A stretch of 64,000 nt of DNA from Candidatus Tayloriibacteriota bacterium. GTDB taxonomy: Bacteria; Patescibacteriota; Minisyncoccia; Phycocordibacterales; UBA10002. Under the pieces are notes generated by a model, which saw only the letters and a list, made by a program, of their open reading frames with translations, did no database searches and had not been told where the DNA came from. Where the stretch lies: positions 1,418-65,417 of the forward strand of contig SIBZ01000002.1 of assembly GCA_009694955.1 (NCBI GenBank), written 5' to 3'. The first letter of the stretch is position 1. Each line of letters begins with the position of its first letter. Of this stretch, positions 31,872-41,579 are shown in pieces. The position numbers and the translations under genes are program-made.

Positions 31872-33479
31872 CTACAATGTAAACGTCCGGGTAATACGCG
31901 TCTGTCCGTCCTCCTCGTCTACCTGTATGCGCGGAAGCAGTGTGTTTCCAATACTATCATGAACACTATAATACCGCGCACTCGGTATAAAGTTATATGA
32001 TGCGTCGGTTCCGTACCGCACCGGCATGCTCGGATTTTCTTTTTTGAACCGGTCGATGACGATGATGCGCTCCGCCTCAAGAATAATGTCGCGCTCAAAA
32101 AAGCGGTCCGACACCACAGAGGTACTGACCATTTTTTTCCGCAACAGCCGTTTTACCCACGTGCCGGTCGTTTCAAACCGGCCAAGCGTCAGCTGAAAAA
32201 TACGAAATGCCGAAAGGAGGAGCGGGCGCATCATTGGTTCGCGGATTGGTTTGAAATACCCTTTCACATGGAGCTTTCCTTCCGCATACGACACGCGGGA
32301 GCGCCGGTCGAGCGACTGCGTCGTACACGGTTTGCCCGAAAACACGGTCTCGATGCCGGAATCGGTGTACCGTCCCGCCAAAGTAGTGATAACAAAACTT
32401 CCTCCCTTGTACATATTCGCGATAATCTGCCGTCGTGGTGAACGCTCTGTATAGATGCCGGATTCACTCAAAAAGAGAGGCGGTTCTGCGAGCACCGCAG
32501 ACGAAGTCTCGGCGTGTTGTTTCGCTTCGCCCGCGAGCAAACCCGCCTCCAGCCAATTAGAGAGGAGGAAGCACACATACCGGTCATCGAGATTGGACGG
32601 CTGTAACCCTTTCCCCTCTTTCAAAGCGCGGTGCGCGTGCAGAAGTAACTCCTTGGCAACAACGTCGCGGGACGCGAGCCGCGCGACGCCGGACGGGATG
32701 AGGTATTCGGTATTGCGCGACATAAAAGTCCCTCCGAACGTACCGTCCATATGCGCGCATAACCTTAGAAACTTCGTCGATGTCCGCAGTGCCTGAAATA
32801 TCCGCTCGTCCTTGCTCCATACGGCGTACAGCGAAAGATAGTCCACCGTCAAGGAGAGATACCCCGCATCGGGACCTCCATACTCCGGCCACCACCCTTC
32901 TTTCGATTGCGCGGTAAGGAGATGCTGTGCATGTTGCTTCGCCGCTTTCTCGAACGAGGCGTCTTTTGTCGCGCGGTACACGGCGTACAGCGCGCAGACT
33001 CCGCCGGCAAGCTGGTTATATGCCGTTGTCTCGGTATGCCTCGCGAGCCACTTCCCCGCTTTTGTAAGTGCCATACACACCTTTTCTCTTGGAAGACTTG
33101 CGTCTTCGGGGAGTATCAAGATTGTCTTGGCAAGCGCCACCGTGACAAAAGCCGTGCACACAAATGAGTGTTCGAACGGATACCATTCGTCGAACGAACC
33201 ATCCGAGCGTTGCAGAGACACTGCGAACAGGAGCGCGGCATTAATCCACTCAAGGACGCGCTTGTCGCCCGCGTAGCTGTTTCCCGGAAACGGATGCGCG
33301 TAGAGGAGCGCGAGCGCGAACACCGCCTCTTGGTGACGGGCACAGCTGAAATCACGCGAACGATGCAACCAGTACGCGCGGTCAAACGAACCGTACGTCG
33401 ATGATGACGGATTCCGATTAAGCTGTCCGAGCAGTCTCGGGACCTCATGAAGCGCACGCTGTAAAAAGAGAGTATCCAC
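31872..33479 (-). CDS. Hypothetical 535-aa protein; helical (alpha/alpha-toroid-like) N-terminal half and beta-rich C-terminal half (heparinase II/III-like layout is only a guess)
   Basis: GTG start at 33479, with no in-frame ATG near the 5' end. The long ORF is co-oriented and tightly packed in the operon. I recognise no family motif with confidence. Confidence 0.6.
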   Translation of the reverse strand: MDTLFLQRALHEVPRLLGQLNRNPSSSTYGSFDRAYWLHRSRDFSCARHQEAVFALALLYAHPFPGNSYAGDKRVLEWINAALLFAVSLQRSDGSFDEWYPFEHSFVCTAFVTVALAKTILILPEDASLPREKVCMALTKAGKWLARHTETTAYNQLAGGVCALYAVYRATKDASFEKAAKQHAQHLLTAQSKEGWWPEYGGPDAGYLSLTVDYLSLYAVWSKDERIFQALRTSTKFLRLCAHMDGTFGGTFMSRNTEYLIPSGVARLASRDVVAKELLLHAHRALKEGKGLQPSNLDDRYVCFLLSNWLEAGLLAGEAKQHAETSSAVLAEPPLFLSESGIYTERSPRRQIIANMYKGGSFVITTLAGRYTDSGIETVFSGKPCTTQSLDRRSRVSYAEGKLHVKGYFKPIREPMMRPLLLSAFRIFQLTLGRFETTGTWVKRLLRKKMVSTSVVSDRFFERDIILEAERIIVIDRFKKENPSMPVRYGTDASYNFIPSARYYSVHDSIGNTLLPRIQVDEEDGQTRITRTFTL

Positions 33480-33492
33480 GAAATGTTATTTC

Positions 33493-34854
33493 CTACTTAC
33501 GGCACCTGATAGTGATAACCGAACCGAACATTCCGCACGTCATGAGCCCTTGAACACCAAGGATCCACTTCAGAAACTTCAGGATAACACTTTTTGGCAC
33601 TTCACGGTGCAGATACGTGGTACCGCCACTACGGATATACTGAAGCATCATTTCATACAACGTCTCGATAAAAGCTGGAACGGCAAAGTATCCGGACCAG
33701 GTACTATCGGTAAACCCCGCGTCGCGCAGTTCCCGGAGAATATGCCTCCTGGAAATCGGACGGTACGGACCGAAAAAGTTATAGATTCCGGTATGCCGGA
33801 TATCTTTCCCGAAACAGAGCTTCACTGCACCGAAAAAGACGTACCAAAACAGATGCGACTTCCTGGCTACGATGATGTAGTCGCCTCCTGCATCAAGCGT
33901 CGCGTATACCTTCGAAAAAAGTGGGCGGATTGCCTCGTGCGGAAGACGCTCGAGTTTGTAAATCGTGGTGATTGTCGATACCGGCTTTCGTACAATCCGC
34001 TCAGCCTTCTCGTCGTACACTTGGTATGACACGGGAGCAGCGCGCTTGCACTTTTGCTCGATGGAAGCTTTCGTGTACGCCGATACCTCCGCCGAGAGGT
34101 CCACCGCGGTCATATCGCCCTCCGGAAAATAGGTAACATAACTGCCGTCATACGAAAAGAGGTCCACGACGGGTGTCCGTATGGATTGCAGTTCTTTTTT
34201 GACGACTTCCCGCTCGAACATACTCGCGCTGTCCATTTCTTTTCCCAATGTCGTCTTACGGCAGTAGTACCGTTGGTGCATCCGCAAACTGTCGAGCGTC
34301 CAGTCGTCCGGATTGTAGGAAAACGGAGGCACTGTCCGCACCTCGGCGCGAAATGAACCGATATGGAGCATTTCCGAAACAGGACGGCGCACGATGGCAG
34401 GCTGTGTGTCTGCCTTTTCATCGGGATACCCGAGCGTCACAAAACAGCAAATGGTTTCCGACGCGGGGATATGCAATATCTTTTTGACCTTTTCGTCCGA
34501 CCCGTAGCTGTTCATGGGAGATGCATGCACTCCAAAGTAGGTAGCCGCGAGCATAAGGTGTCCGAGCATCAGACTGCCTCCTTGTATCGCCTCCTTGTAG
34601 TTCCAGCCGTCATAGGTAATCACGAGAAGCGCCGGAGCCCGCCTCACGAGCGTATTGCAGGCGGCTTCTTTGATTAACCTCTCCTTTGTTTTTGCGTCAT
34701 CAACAAAGATAAAATTCTGCAATTGCTGATTGCAGTTTGTGGGGGCATATGACGCAACCTCGATAATACTCTTCACCAGGTCGAGTGGAACCGGCTTGGC
34801 GGAAAACGACCTAATCGTCTTACGCTCCTTCACAATGTCAAGAAAGTCCTTCAT
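33493..34854 (-). CDS. Nitroreductase-domain protein fused to a degenerate methyltransferase-like C-terminal domain
   Basis: ATG at 34854; the track start at 34860 is a TTG. The N-terminal ~185 aa are nitroreductase family (RKTIRSFSAKPVP...APTNCNQQ). In the C-terminal ~265 aa, DLFSYDGSY sits where motif I DxGCGxG would be, and LDAGGDYIIV where LxPGGxxxi would be. Confidence 0.75.
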   Translation of the reverse strand: MKDFLDIVKERKTIRSFSAKPVPLDLVKSIIEVASYAPTNCNQQLQNFIFVDDAKTKERLIKEAACNTLVRRAPALLVITYDGWNYKEAIQGGSLMLGHLMLAATYFGVHASPMNSYGSDEKVKKILHIPASETICCFVTLGYPDEKADTQPAIVRRPVSEMLHIGSFRAEVRTVPPFSYNPDDWTLDSLRMHQRYYCRKTTLGKEMDSASMFEREVVKKELQSIRTPVVDLFSYDGSYVTYFPEGDMTAVDLSAEVSAYTKASIEQKCKRAAPVSYQVYDEKAERIVRKPVSTITTIYKLERLPHEAIRPLFSKVYATLDAGGDYIIVARKSHLFWYVFFGAVKLCFGKDIRHTGIYNFFGPYRPISRRHILRELRDAGFTDSTWSGYFAVPAFIETLYEMMLQYIRSGGTTYLHREVPKSVILKFLKWILGVQGLMTCGMFGSVITIRCRK

Positions 34855-35812
34855 GTGCAAAATGCTCCTTTATCGCGACAATCTTTTTTTCCGTACTGCC
34901 GTTCCTGATGACAAGCTCGCCGATAAAACCGATAGAGAAGGACTGGAAACCGAGGAGAACAAGCAAGGTGCCAAGCATAAGGAGTGGCCGGTTGCCGATA
35001 AGCTCGCCGGCGAACAGTTTCGCGTACAAAAGATACGAGAGAATACCCATGCCGACGGTAAACACGAAGGTGCCCAAAAATCCGAACAGATACATCGGAC
35101 GGTCGGTGAAGTTCCGGAGAAAAATCAGCGTAATGAAATCGAAGGCGCTGTTGAAGAAGCGGACAAAGCCGTATTTGGAAACTCCGTGCCGGCGGGGGCG
35201 GTGTTCCACCACTATCTCACCGATGCGGTACCCCATCCCTGAAACCAGCGCCGGGATATAGCGGTGCATATCTCCGAAGAGCTCGATACTTTGGGCAACA
35301 TGTTTCTTGTAGATTTTGAAACAGCAGTTCATATCATGCACCGATGTTCTGGTGAAGAATTGCGTGAGGGCGTTCGCGATTTTTGACGGCAGTCTTTTGA
35401 CTATCGGGTCGTGCCGGCGTTTTCTCCATCCACAGACAAGGTCCATATCGCTTTCCTCCATCTGCGCAATGAACGACGGAATTTCTTTCGGATTATCCTG
35501 AAGGTCGCCGTCCATCGTGACGATATAGCGTCCCCGAGCCTCTCTGAAACCGAATTGAAGCGCCTGAGCCTTTCCAAAATTTCGGGTGAACGAAAAGACG
35601 CGGACAGGATTCAGCGTGCGTAGTTGTCTTAAGGTTCCATCCGTCGAACCGTCATCGACAAAAATAATTTCGTACGGCTTATGGAGTGACTGCAGTACTG
35701 TCAGAAGTTCCTGGTGCAGTTCCCGCACTGACCCCTCTTCGTTGTACACGGGGATAACGACGGAAAGAAATAGCTCTTTTGTGTCAGGCATAGGTCTATT
35801 ATTTTGCCACAT
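34838..35812 (-). CDS. GT2 polyprenyl-phosphate glycosyltransferase (GtrB/ArnC type, two C-terminal TM helices)
   Basis: ATG at 35812 (an in-frame ATG at 35791 is also possible). LSVVIPVYNEE, DDGSTDGT and DGDLQD motifs, with a C-terminal TM pair. Confidence 0.85.
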   Translation of the reverse strand: MWQNNRPMPDTKELFLSVVIPVYNEEGSVRELHQELLTVLQSLHKPYEIIFVDDGSTDGTLRQLRTLNPVRVFSFTRNFGKAQALQFGFREARGRYIVTMDGDLQDNPKEIPSFIAQMEESDMDLVCGWRKRRHDPIVKRLPSKIANALTQFFTRTSVHDMNCCFKIYKKHVAQSIELFGDMHRYIPALVSGMGYRIGEIVVEHRPRRHGVSKYGFVRFFNSAFDFITLIFLRNFTDRPMYLFGFLGTFVFTVGMGILSYLLYAKLFAGELIGNRPLLMLGTLLVLLGFQSFSIGFIGELVIRNGSTEKKIVAIKEHFAHEGLS

Positions 35813-35843
35813 ATCGTTGATTTATGCAAGGGGTTCTTCTCAT

Positions 35844-37646
35844 TTAGAAGGCGCAGAGGCTCTTCCCTGCCGAGGTAAAGACTTTCGTGAGCCCTGGAAT
35901 CCGCAAAAGCACCTCTCCGTCAAGTGAACTGTCGGAAAGGATAAAATCCAATCTGTACTTCTGTAACTCCGTCCTGAACTCTTTTGTCAGAAACGCTCGG
36001 TACCTTTCGGGAAACGCAGAAAGACGCTCCTCAAGCACCGGGTCGGAGAAATCGGGAAAATCCTTCACCCCGAACAGTCCTTGCCAGTTTGAGAAGAGAT
36101 ACCCAGATGCCTCGCTTCTATGAGCGCGTATATACTCGTCAATGTCCACGGGGAGTATTCCTCTGAGACGGAGGAGTGCGAGATATCCGTCTTCTCCCCT
36201 TGTATCCGGTATAAGCGAGTTCATTTCCGTCGACACATACCGGTTGCAGTGCGTAAATGCGGGGATAAGCGTGTTCAGTTCCGACATCTCCGCATCGGTT
36301 TCATTCACAAAGACAACGCACTCTTTTTCCCGCGTGTTCAGAAAATCGAACAACGCCTTATACACCTGCATCCTTGCGTAGTACGGTACGGCGGCGGTAT
36401 ATGCTTGCACCTGCGTATACACGCCCAGACAGACCGACAACAAAATTACGCCGGAAACGAACATGTTTGAGAGATACCTCTGCATAGGTCGTATGCAGTT
36501 GTAAATAGAAACCATCAACACGAGCATCGCGAGCGGAATGGTGTACTGCACAAAGTGGTACGGCCATATCGTTTCTCCCGTGAGTATTTGCTGGCTGTAT
36601 GTCCATATCCCTCCCAAGAGGAGCGAGAGGTTGAAGCAGTGCCACGTCTCCACGCTCCACTCGATTCCCCTTCTTTTTTTCCAAAGAAAATCAAATGCGA
36701 GTATGACGGCAAAGAAGAACAGTGTGGCAAGGAGAAACTTGTTCCAGAGCGGGTAGTGCGTCAGAAATAACCCGCTGCGCAAAACGGAAGACGCGTACCA
36801 GGGGCTGTGCGTCGCCTGCCATGCGCCATACCAATACGGTGACGCGAGCAGGATTCCGAACGGGATGACGAGCGTAAGGTTCCCCGCAGTCGCGTACTTT
36901 TTGCGCGCAACGAGAATCAGGATAAGCAGGACAAGTACCGAGAATGCCGTACCCCAGCTGAAGAAATAACTCCCGAACATAAGCGCGAGAAACACCGACG
37001 CCGTCACGATAGCCGTTTTACGTCGGATGGTGTTCTGCACAATCGCCAAGACGGAAAGAAGAAACGAAAATAAAAAGAGGGCGCCGAGAATCGGATTGAC
37101 CGGACGCGCCCAGAGCAGAAATGAATTCGGTACGCCGGAACCGGACACATACGAAAGCATTGTGCGGTAGTCAACGAGGTCATACCCCAGCGTAACGAGA
37201 AGACCGCAGGCAATCGCCATCGCTTCCCGTGACCTCCCTTCCCCTTGTGCGAGCCGGAAGGCAAGCGCGTACACCAGGAGGAATAGTATCGGGGGAAAGA
37301 AGAATTTACTCACCACGAGCACGGTCGCGGGAGAGATACCGAAGAGTATCGCCGGAAGCGCGTAGACCCATTCTCCCGTGGACGGAGAGAGCGGGACTCC
37401 TTCTTTGTACTCAAAGAAAAACGGAGAGCTCACCGCGCCGTGACCGTCGACGATTTCCTGAATTCTCCCGAGATACGACCCTTCATTCGGTGTTTGAAGG
37501 AGAGGTATACCGCGATATGAGCTGAAATCGCCGAAAATGAAAAAGATGTTCGGCAAGCCATAGAGGAGTCCTACGCCGATTGCGACGGCGACAGCAAGAC
37601 GCTTTAGCCGTACGAGAGAAGAAAGACGCTGAAAAGGGGAAATCAT
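35844..37646 (-). CDS. Large polytopic membrane protein (~430-aa multi-TM region + ~170-aa soluble C-terminus); possible GT-C/polymerase
   Basis: ATG at 37646, 600 aa with more than 10 hydrophobic segments. No motif that I can name. Confidence 0.65.
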   Translation of the reverse strand: MISPFQRLSSLVRLKRLAVAVAIGVGLLYGLPNIFFIFGDFSSYRGIPLLQTPNEGSYLGRIQEIVDGHGAVSSPFFFEYKEGVPLSPSTGEWVYALPAILFGISPATVLVVSKFFFPPILFLLVYALAFRLAQGEGRSREAMAIACGLLVTLGYDLVDYRTMLSYVSGSGVPNSFLLWARPVNPILGALFLFSFLLSVLAIVQNTIRRKTAIVTASVFLALMFGSYFFSWGTAFSVLVLLILILVARKKYATAGNLTLVIPFGILLASPYWYGAWQATHSPWYASSVLRSGLFLTHYPLWNKFLLATLFFFAVILAFDFLWKKRRGIEWSVETWHCFNLSLLLGGIWTYSQQILTGETIWPYHFVQYTIPLAMLVLMVSIYNCIRPMQRYLSNMFVSGVILLSVCLGVYTQVQAYTAAVPYYARMQVYKALFDFLNTREKECVVFVNETDAEMSELNTLIPAFTHCNRYVSTEMNSLIPDTRGEDGYLALLRLRGILPVDIDEYIRAHRSEASGYLFSNWQGLFGVKDFPDFSDPVLEERLSAFPERYRAFLTKEFRTELQKYRLDFILSDSSLDGEVLLRIPGLTKVFTSAGKSLCAF

Positions 37647-37669
37647 AACGGGCGCAGTTTTCCGACGAA

Positions 37670-38521
37670 CTATTTAGTGCCGATAAAGTAGTAGAGGTGC
37701 GCGATAACGGGGGACGAAGCGTAATGCTTCAGAAAGTGGTCCAAGAGGTTGACCGGAGCGAACAGTACCATAAAAAAGACGACGAGAATTTGGTAGAGCG
37801 AATTGCTGTTGAAGGAGAAGAGCGTCGCGAGCCATTCGCGGAGGATATAGGTGAGCGCGTTTGTCGGCCCGACGGCAATACCGAGTTCCTGCTCCTTGAA
37901 CTCTTTCAGAAGTTCTCTCATCCCCGACGTTGTCCACCGGTAGTAATCGCCCGGTGACGAGTGATACCCGATGATGAAAGGAACCACGATATAGAGAAGC
38001 CCGCCCGGTTTTAAGATTCTCCGCATTTCCGCGACCGCTCGTATCGGGTCTTTGACGTGTTCCAACACCGACTCCGAGATAACCGCGTCAACCGAACTAT
38101 CTTTAAACGGCAATGTGTGGATATCGGCGGTTATTCGCACTCCCGGGTATGGGTCTATATCGACATTGATGATATCCTCGCGGATAATTTCTGCGCCGGA
38201 ACCGATATTGACGATAACCGAACCCTTCGGGAGCGAACTGATGCACTGTTTCGCCGACTTCCCCACATAGGTTCCGAGCGTATGGTTGAGCACGGTAAAC
38301 AGTTTCGGATATTTCTTCACCCAAAGCTTAAGCCGAAAGACGATACCGTCCGGACGCTCGGAATGCAGGGAGGAAGACGGCTCGATAACAAAGAGACAGC
38401 TGTCTGTGGCACGGTACGCGCGGTTGCATCGGGAACAGCTGTAACCATCTGTTGCTTTCGTAAGGTTACCCGAACAGGAAACACAGCGGAGCGTATGAAG
38501 TATGTGTGCTACTGATTGCAT
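37670..38521 (-). CDS. Class I SAM methyltransferase with N-terminal Zn-ribbon and C-terminal hydrophobic tail
   Basis: ATG at 38521. CVSC...CSRC ribbon, then the MTase core VNIGSGAE...DAVISESVLEHV...LKPGGLLYIV, then a C-terminal hydrophobic stretch LYQILVVFFMVLFAPV. Confidence 0.75.
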   Translation of the reverse strand: MQSVAHILHTLRCVSCSGNLTKATDGYSCSRCNRAYRATDSCLFVIEPSSSLHSERPDGIVFRLKLWVKKYPKLFTVLNHTLGTYVGKSAKQCISSLPKGSVIVNIGSGAEIIREDIINVDIDPYPGVRITADIHTLPFKDSSVDAVISESVLEHVKDPIRAVAEMRRILKPGGLLYIVVPFIIGYHSSPGDYYRWTTSGMRELLKEFKEQELGIAVGPTNALTYILREWLATLFSFNSNSLYQILVVFFMVLFAPVNLLDHFLKHYASSPVIAHLYYFIGTK

Positions 38522-38527
38522 ATTCCG

Positions 38528-39514
38528 TTAAAAATCAATTATATGCGTACGGGCCCCCTTCCTATCTACCGAGAAAGAAATTTCTTTGAGCGCGGACGGA
38601 GCGAGCGCCTTCCGCACCGAGTCGGCGGAAGCACTTGTCGGGCAATAAAACATAAAGTAGCCTCCTCCTCCCGCGCCGATAATTTTCCCTCCGAGCGCTC
38701 CGGCTTTTTTTGCGGTATCGTACATCTGATTGAGTCCATCGTTACTCATGGTTGCCGACATCCCCCGCTTCAAGCGCCAATGCGTATCCAAAAGCCTGCC
38801 GAACGAATCGAGGTCGCCGTCGAGAAAGGAACGGTAAATGTCGAGGCCGATTTCTTTTATTTTGTGCTTCAGCTCTTTCGTTTCCGGTGTGTTTTGTTTG
38901 GTAAGCAACGGTTCGCTGTCGCGCCGGATACCGGTGTAAAAAAGCAGGGTGTTTTTCTCGAATGAAGACACAACATCGGGAGGAATCTCGGGCTTCTCTA
39001 CTCTCACCGTGCCGTCCTTGTCGATACGCAACACCACAAACCCTCCAAGCGCGCAGACGTAGGGGTCTTGTTTTCCGTCGGGTAAGCCGAGATTCTGCGT
39101 CAGCCGGAACGAGTCCTCGGCCGCCTGTAAATTACTCATCTCTTTTCCTTTGAATAACGAGAGCCCCTTGAGAAGCCCAACGGAACACGCGCCCGATGAA
39201 CCAAGTCCTGTTCCGGAGGGAGTGTCCGCGTTGAGTGAAATGAGCACTTTGTCGCTCACCTTTGTCATCTTGAGCGCCTCCCTACCGATGGTATGCTTGA
39301 TATGTTCCACTTTGGATTCGAACTCATACTGCAGATAGTGCATATGGATACAGTCGTCCACCACCGGCTCTTTAATGAGAATATCCATATATAAATCTAT
39401 CGCCACGGCGAAGATAAACCCTCCGTGCTCTGCGTAGTACGATGGCAGGTCGGTCGAACCTCCGCCAAGCGGTAACCGGAATGGCACCCTGCTTAAAATA
39501 ATCCTTCGTTTCAT
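38528..39514 (-). CDS. GHMP-family sugar kinase (D-glycero-D-manno-heptose-7-phosphate kinase HddA-like)
   Basis: ATG at 39514, in an ATGA overlap with the upstream stop. SRVPFRLPLGGGSTDLP N-terminus; GHMP motif PSGTGLGSSGA. Confidence 0.8.
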   Translation of the reverse strand: MKRRIILSRVPFRLPLGGGSTDLPSYYAEHGGFIFAVAIDLYMDILIKEPVVDDCIHMHYLQYEFESKVEHIKHTIGREALKMTKVSDKVLISLNADTPSGTGLGSSGACSVGLLKGLSLFKGKEMSNLQAAEDSFRLTQNLGLPDGKQDPYVCALGGFVVLRIDKDGTVRVEKPEIPPDVVSSFEKNTLLFYTGIRRDSEPLLTKQNTPETKELKHKIKEIGLDIYRSFLDGDLDSFGRLLDTHWRLKRGMSATMSNDGLNQMYDTAKKAGALGGKIIGAGGGGYFMFYCPTSASADSVRKALAPSALKEISFSVDRKGARTHIIDF

Positions 39515-40650
39515 AGTGTTGCTCGTTTCTTCTCAAGTGCCCGCACCTCGGCGAGGAGTTTTTTTGCCGTCGTCACGGAAGTAATAATCTTACCACTTAA
39601 AATGGACCAGCACCCATACCCGTGGTATGTGCACTCGGTCGGTCGGGCGTCAGCTTCGTTCGACGCCACATCAATGGGAAGCACGATGAACATCGACGCG
39701 ACGTACTGCGCCTTCGCAAGTACGGGAAACCATCGCTCGCACCGCGCGAACATCTCTTTCCACCGCGATACGGGATGCTTCCAGTTACGGGCGGAAGCGC
39801 TTCTTACGCGCGAGGTCTTCTTGTGGATGGAAAGTGGGACGTCTCCGAGCGTATATAAGTCGCGCTTCCCCGGGATGGGCACGAGCGTCGCGAAAGGGCC
39901 GTCCATAATGGTAACCGCGACACGTGGCTTTGTCCGGATACGGACGATAACGAGCTCCTTGAAACGAAATTCCAACCGGCGCAACGGAAAATGAAGCCAC
40001 CGGCAAAAATCGTTATACTGGCTGTATGTGGCATTAATGACGTACTCAAAAGCGTACTCTTTCTTCCGCCCCGACTGGAGGACGGTCAGCACTTTTTCTC
40101 CCTGTGGGCCAATTCGCGCGCCGGTAACTTCGTGTTTGAGTTTGAGAGTAACGCGTTCCTTCTTAAGCCGATGCCTGATGAGACGTTTCAGTCTGCTGTA
40201 ATCATAGGTTGCCTCAGAAGTTTTCACGGAAAGGTCGACGGTTGACGCATCCAAAAATTCCGCGTCTGGGTACTCTCGTACGTACGGAAGTCCCATCCTG
40301 TCGCAGGTCTTCAGGAACGCTTCCGCGGTTACCCGGGACCCTTCGGCATTGATGCAATAGTAGCTCGGGAATTCCGAGGATATGGCGGAACCGTAGAATC
40401 GTTTGAAGTCGGGAGCGGCTTCCTTAATTTCCCGTATTGTCTCGGTACTGCGCGGATAGTGATACCCCCCGTGATGCCGGTATTGATTCGCGTATGTCGC
40501 TCCGCCCAGAATATCGTCGCCCTGTTCAAAAAGCGTGACATCGAAATGCTTTCCGAGCATGAGCGCAGCGGTCGCGCCGAAAATCCCTCCACCGATAATA
40601 CCTATCCGCGCAGGCTTTTGTTGTGCTGTTGCTGTGCGTGCCGCTGTCAT
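39511..40650 (-). CDS. FAD-dependent oxidoreductase (DAO-like)
   Basis: Dinucleotide-binding N-terminus IGIIGGGIFGATAALML. I chose the ATG at 40650; a GTG at 40656 directly abuts the upstream stop and is an alternative start. Confidence 0.75.
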   Translation of the reverse strand: MTAARTATAQQKPARIGIIGGGIFGATAALMLGKHFDVTLFEQGDDILGGATYANQYRHHGGYHYPRSTETIREIKEAAPDFKRFYGSAISSEFPSYYCINAEGSRVTAEAFLKTCDRMGLPYVREYPDAEFLDASTVDLSVKTSEATYDYSRLKRLIRHRLKKERVTLKLKHEVTGARIGPQGEKVLTVLQSGRKKEYAFEYVINATYSQYNDFCRWLHFPLRRLEFRFKELVIVRIRTKPRVAVTIMDGPFATLVPIPGKRDLYTLGDVPLSIHKKTSRVRSASARNWKHPVSRWKEMFARCERWFPVLAKAQYVASMFIVLPIDVASNEADARPTECTYHGYGCWSILSGKIITSVTTAKKLLAEVRALEKKRATL

Positions 40651-40652
40651 AC

Positions 40653-41579
40653 TCACTTATTTTCGCGTATATGCCGGACCATATAAGGAGAGCGGTGTAT
40701 CATAACATAATAGACCCGGAGCAGTACCTCGGCCAAAAGTCCCATCATAAAGAGAAGAATACCGAGAATCATAAACATCGTCCCGATAACGGGAAGTGGT
40801 GTTTCGCTGAGGTTCGCAACGTGCATAAAACGGAGCACCACCGAAGAGACGAAAACAAGGAGTGAAAACCCGACAAAGGCGACGCCCCAGCCTCCAAAAA
40901 AACGCAACGGTTTTTGAAAGTATTTGACGAAAAAAGCGATACTGAGGAGGTCGAATCCACCCTTAATCATATTGGCGATTCGTATCTTCGACATACCGGC
41001 CTGCCGGACATAATGCTGAATGGGAATCTCTTTGATACGCGCGCCTTTTTCTTTCGCGACAGCAGGGAGAAACACCTGCGCGTCGCCCCACAAACGGAAG
41101 TCTTTTATGAATTTACTGCGGTATATCTTGAGACCGCTCCCGAAATCGTGCACGTCGACGCCCAAAACGGCGCGTGAGACACTATTGGCAAAATACGAAA
41201 ACACGACGCGCGTCCAGTGATCGTGCCGTACTTGGCGCCATCCGATAATCACGTCAACGTCTTCCGAAAGCTCCGAAAGAAGTCTTGGGATATCCGCGGG
41301 GTCGTGTTGCAGGTCCGCGTCAAGGAGGACAAGGATATCTCCCTTTGCTTCCTGTATGCCGACGTCGAGCGCGGGCGTCTCGCCGTAATTTCTTTGGAGT
41401 GAAATCACTTTGACCGGACAAAGGCCTTCCGTTTCTTTTTCCGTTTCGTCGGTCGAGCCGTCATTCACGAAGATGATTTCATAGGCGTGAGTGGTCTTTG
41501 CCATCGCCATGACGATACGCCGGTGCAATTCGCGCACCATCCGTGCTTCGTTGTACATGGGGACGACAATGGAAATCAT
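40653..41579 (-). CDS. GT2 polyprenyl-phosphate glycosyltransferase (GtrB/ArnC type, C-terminal TM helices)
   Basis: ATG at 41579, in an ATGA overlap with the DegT stop. ISIVVPMYNE, NDGSTDET and DADLQHD motifs, with two C-terminal TM helices. Confidence 0.85.
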   Translation of the reverse strand: MISIVVPMYNEARMVRELHRRIVMAMAKTTHAYEIIFVNDGSTDETEKETEGLCPVKVISLQRNYGETPALDVGIQEAKGDILVLLDADLQHDPADIPRLLSELSEDVDVIIGWRQVRHDHWTRVVFSYFANSVSRAVLGVDVHDFGSGLKIYRSKFIKDFRLWGDAQVFLPAVAKEKGARIKEIPIQHYVRQAGMSKIRIANMIKGGFDLLSIAFFVKYFQKPLRFFGGWGVAFVGFSLLVFVSSVVLRFMHVANLSETPLPVIGTMFMILGILLFMMGLLAEVLLRVYYVMIHRSPYMVRHIRENK

